Below, piece by piece: positions 60,901 to 64,000 of a DNA stretch of 64,000 bases. Source of the DNA: Trichoplax sp. H2 (lineage: Eukaryota); assembly GCA_003344405.1 (NCBI GenBank), contig NOWV01000003.1, positions 310,001-374,000 on the forward strand, read 5' to 3'. The translations under genes and the position numbers were made by a program. Below the pieces are notes generated by a model. It saw nothing but the letters and a program-made list of their open reading frames with translations, did no database searches and was not told the DNA's origin. Each line of letters opens with the position of its first letter. Within the stretch, counting starts at the first letter, position 1.

Positions 60901-61478
60901 ATTTAAATACCGTATATCTTCAAAACTAAGTATACTTATCGTACCTAGTTTCGATTAAAAAATTATTACATTGCACTGTATGAGACTTACTAGTTTGCTA
61001 CAATCAATTACTATTTACAACATAGGCAACATCTTATCACTGTAATATCTCCCCCTTAAGAGGTACTAAAGTATGAGTTGTTTGAGTTATTCGTGCTCTC
61101 AAGGACAAAAAATAGATCATAGTTTGTGATATTCTCCGTATACAGTTATGTTAACATATCTTTAACTAAGAAAAACGTGTATGACCGAAATCAATCTAAT
61201 GGTCACATCATATTACATGCAAAGGCACTTAAAACTTTGTTAGTAATGTCAGAAAAGTCCAAATCTGGACCAGGACGCAAAATGCTATCCGACCTAGACA
61301 ATCAGCAGACATTACTTTGGACTCAAAGTTATATTAATCAATGTCCGAAACCAATTGGAATTTAATGATTGTTACTACTGCATAGCGTATGCAGTCATAG
61401 CGCAGGAATTGATTCTTAAAAGGAATCTTGCAACGTATAAGCTTACAGATGTATAGCATGTCTAAATGAGGTGTTAAA

Positions 61479-62621
61479 TTAACAAGATTTTAGATAGTGC
61501 CTTTTCGCATCCATCTGCCGAGAAGCTTCGAACAATATTATACTTGCTGCAGTAGCGACATTTAAACTCTGAATCCGATGACAGAGAGGAATTGTTATAC
61601 GTTGTGTAATATCACAACATTCAGTCACAGATGCGGTAGTATTGAGTTTAAAGCCATGCGCTTCGTTTCCAATAGCCAATAAAGCTCCTGACTTGTGTGT
61701 CCAATCAATGTCGTAATAAGGAACTAATTTTTTTTCATTTGAAATATGAGAAGTGGAACGAGTATTTTGTAAGTATTGGTATTGGTCTCGCATACATTCA
61801 GCTAGATAAAAGTTCATGGATTTTAATGCCTTAGAACAACTGATTTGACCCCAAGTGATGTCGTAATAGATAGGAAGCTGAAATTGACTGCCAGAGGCTG
61901 ATCTCGTAACTTTTGGCTGCCAAGGATCGGCACAGCCATGAGTTAAAATAACTGAACTGCAGTTAGCGGCGGCAGCACTTCGAATGATATTGCCAAGATT
62001 TCCTGGATCTCTAACGTTATCGCAGATTAGTGTTACCGGTAATAGTTCTTTATCACTAGCCATTGATATTTCATCGAAAGAAGATGTTTTAGGCTTAAAA
62101 AATAAAGCAGCTACCCCACGATTCGTTTGCACGGAAGTCATGGAATTTAAATACCATTTAGGAATCTTGCAGAGACACTCATCAGATATGTCAAAGATAT
62201 ACTCAGAAAAGTGCTCATCGAATATGTTATCATTAGAATAAAAAAAGGTATGTAATTGCAAACCCGCGTTAAAAGCTTCCTTTATAACGTTAAGACCATC
62301 TATTAAAATTATAGAAGATTTCTTGTTATTTCTGTTTAGTACGCGTTTTGCCAATCTATTATTTTGCAAAGGAGGGTGTGTAAACAGTATGTATACGTTT
62401 ACAAATATTAGTAACGACTACGAATTTAGCTAAATTAAGTATCTCAAAATTTGCATCAAATTTTAATGTATGTGGTAGCTGCTAGTTCAAGGGTAGAGTT
62501 GAAAGACTTACTTGACTTTTTCTAGAGCTTCGATACTCAGTAATCGTCTCGATTCCGGGCGAATAGTTATCCGACTAAAAGTACGAGTACCACTGCACAG
62601 TATCTTGATTCCTTGCTGCAT
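61479..62621 (-). CDS. MRM3: Mitochondrial rRNA methyltransferase 3 (RNMTL1; SpoU/TrmH family), two exons
   Basis: Exon 1 MQQGIKILCSGTRTFSRITIRPESRRLLSIEALEKVK resembles a mitochondrial presequence. Exon 2 has ILIDGLNVIKEA, LICDNVRDPGNLGNIIRSAAA, GCADPWQPKVTRSASG, IGNEAHG and IQSLNVATAASIILFEA (SPOUT motifs). Confidence 0.88.
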
Positions 62622-62815
62622 AGTACAGCACTGTACTGTATAGTACCCGGTTATGTCTTTCGATTAAAGATTGTTATACATCATTTCTGCAGTAAACTGT
62701 GAATTACTGTTTGCCGAATTTTCATTTAACCCTATCGAACTTATCTGAGCCTATCAATCAGAATTTAATGACCAGAAGTAGAATCCTGGTAGTGAGGTAC
62801 TGTACACTGTACATC
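62580..62815. promoter_or_regulatory. Weak CAGTA/TACTG array at the MRM3 5' end
   Basis: tagtacagcactgtactgtatagtac directly abuts the MRM3 ATG; ggtactgtacactgtaca lies at about 62800. Confidence 0.45.
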
Positions 62816-63477
62816 ATTTGTAAAAATCGCTTAAGTTGTCCTTCTATCCGTATCGCCCACGATTTTGCTAGTTTTCTATTAGAGATACAGTGAAAAGGAT
62901 TTGCCAAAATTGACACTAAGTTCTGAGTATTACTGCTATAAAAGCACCCAAATTTCACAATCATATACTGCAGTAGATATATATTCTTCACATTTCAATC
63001 AGCATTGCCTCGTTTTCAAAATGCTAAATCAAGCCACCATTCTGCTGTGGCCTTCGAAAATTGTATTTCCAAACCTTATATATTGGACTTAGGTATACCT
63101 TTTAGTATTACCGCGCTGCTTCGTAAAATGAAGACGAGAATAGTAATGCTCGTAAGCGAGACAGTCTCCTTTTATGTAGTGACTATGCCTGTACCTTTTC
63201 ATGGACTACTAGAAGAAAAGTTAAAGGTCCATGATCTTACTTTGTACTGTACATTTACCTAGCTGGCACAACTTATTGAACTAGTATCACAGTACTTGAC
63301 GGTTATGTATGCTATGTCAAGTCATAACAAAGTATGATTGTGCAAATACAAAAAAACGGACGAAGATACGTGCTGTGAAGGCACTGAATAATAGTTGTAT
63401 ACCAATTGTACATAGTCAAGAAAAGCTTTTAAACGCGGATCCGGAGCTCCACTGCTGAATGGTCTGTGACTCTGTGT

Positions 63478-63645
63478 TATATCTTTATTCATAGTTAGTC
63501 TAGACTATCGTCATCGCAGACACATAGTCTCGTACGGACGTACGGTATGCGGTGTCTCATTGCATTTAATTAATATTATTATTGTTGCAGTCTGCAGTAT
63601 AGTATTATTACAATTATCATTATTATTATTATTACACACAACAGT
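63478..63645 (+). repeat. Dispersed repeat, copy 2 (similar to 34769-34930)
   Basis: Collinear similarity with the 34.8-kb copy, strongest over attattattgttgcagtctgcagtatagtattattacaattatcattattattattattacacacaaca. Confidence 0.6.
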
Positions 63646-64000
63646 CTGCATCACTAGAATGGCGATGATTAGAATGAGTAGTGATCACAAATCGATAATT
63701 TTGATTAAACAGTCTAGCCATTACTAAATGTAGCAGTCGTCAGCAAACCTCATTACTTTGTGTACTGTAACAGCAAGTGCCACGTTATTCATACGATACG
63801 GATACATTCATTGATGATCGTTATAAAAATTCAAATAACAGAATAACGCATACGTATGTTATTGACAGGAGTAAATATATACATATACGATTACGCTTGA
63901 ACAATAAAAGCGTTAATAACGTTCCGTAACATACTCGTATACAAGGTAATTATAGAAAGCTAACGCTACAGGTCTTATTATTCGAAATAATAAGTTAAAA

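Overview
An AT-rich, gene-dense animal genomic region with many short GT-AG introns. The compact intron style and the NIT-domain guanylyl cyclase suggest a placozoan (Trichoplax-like) genome; this is an inference, not a database result. Ten protein-coding genes can be reconstructed by splicing exons by eye: the 3' part of PITPNM/rdgB (+), NCBP3 (-), an F-box/LRR protein (+), argininosuccinate lyase ASL (-), a KIF12-like kinesin (+), SANBR/KIAA1841 (-), BCL7 (-), an intronless TAF7 (+), a TM-NIT-TM guanylyl cyclase (-) and MRM3/RNMTL1 (-). The most striking non-coding pattern is a set of dense, orientation-flipping CAGTA/TACTG pentamer arrays that build palindromes such as TACTGTACAGTA. They sit at the 5' end of essentially every housekeeping-type gene, including three head-to-head pairs, and no comparable array precedes the NIT guanylyl cyclase. 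The window also holds a ~610-bp foldback/MITE-like element at the SANBR 5' end, a ~192-bp tandem duplication, a dispersed repeat pair and several microexons. Exon boundaries were read manually and may be off by a few bases. No tRNA, rRNA or CRISPR array was recognised.
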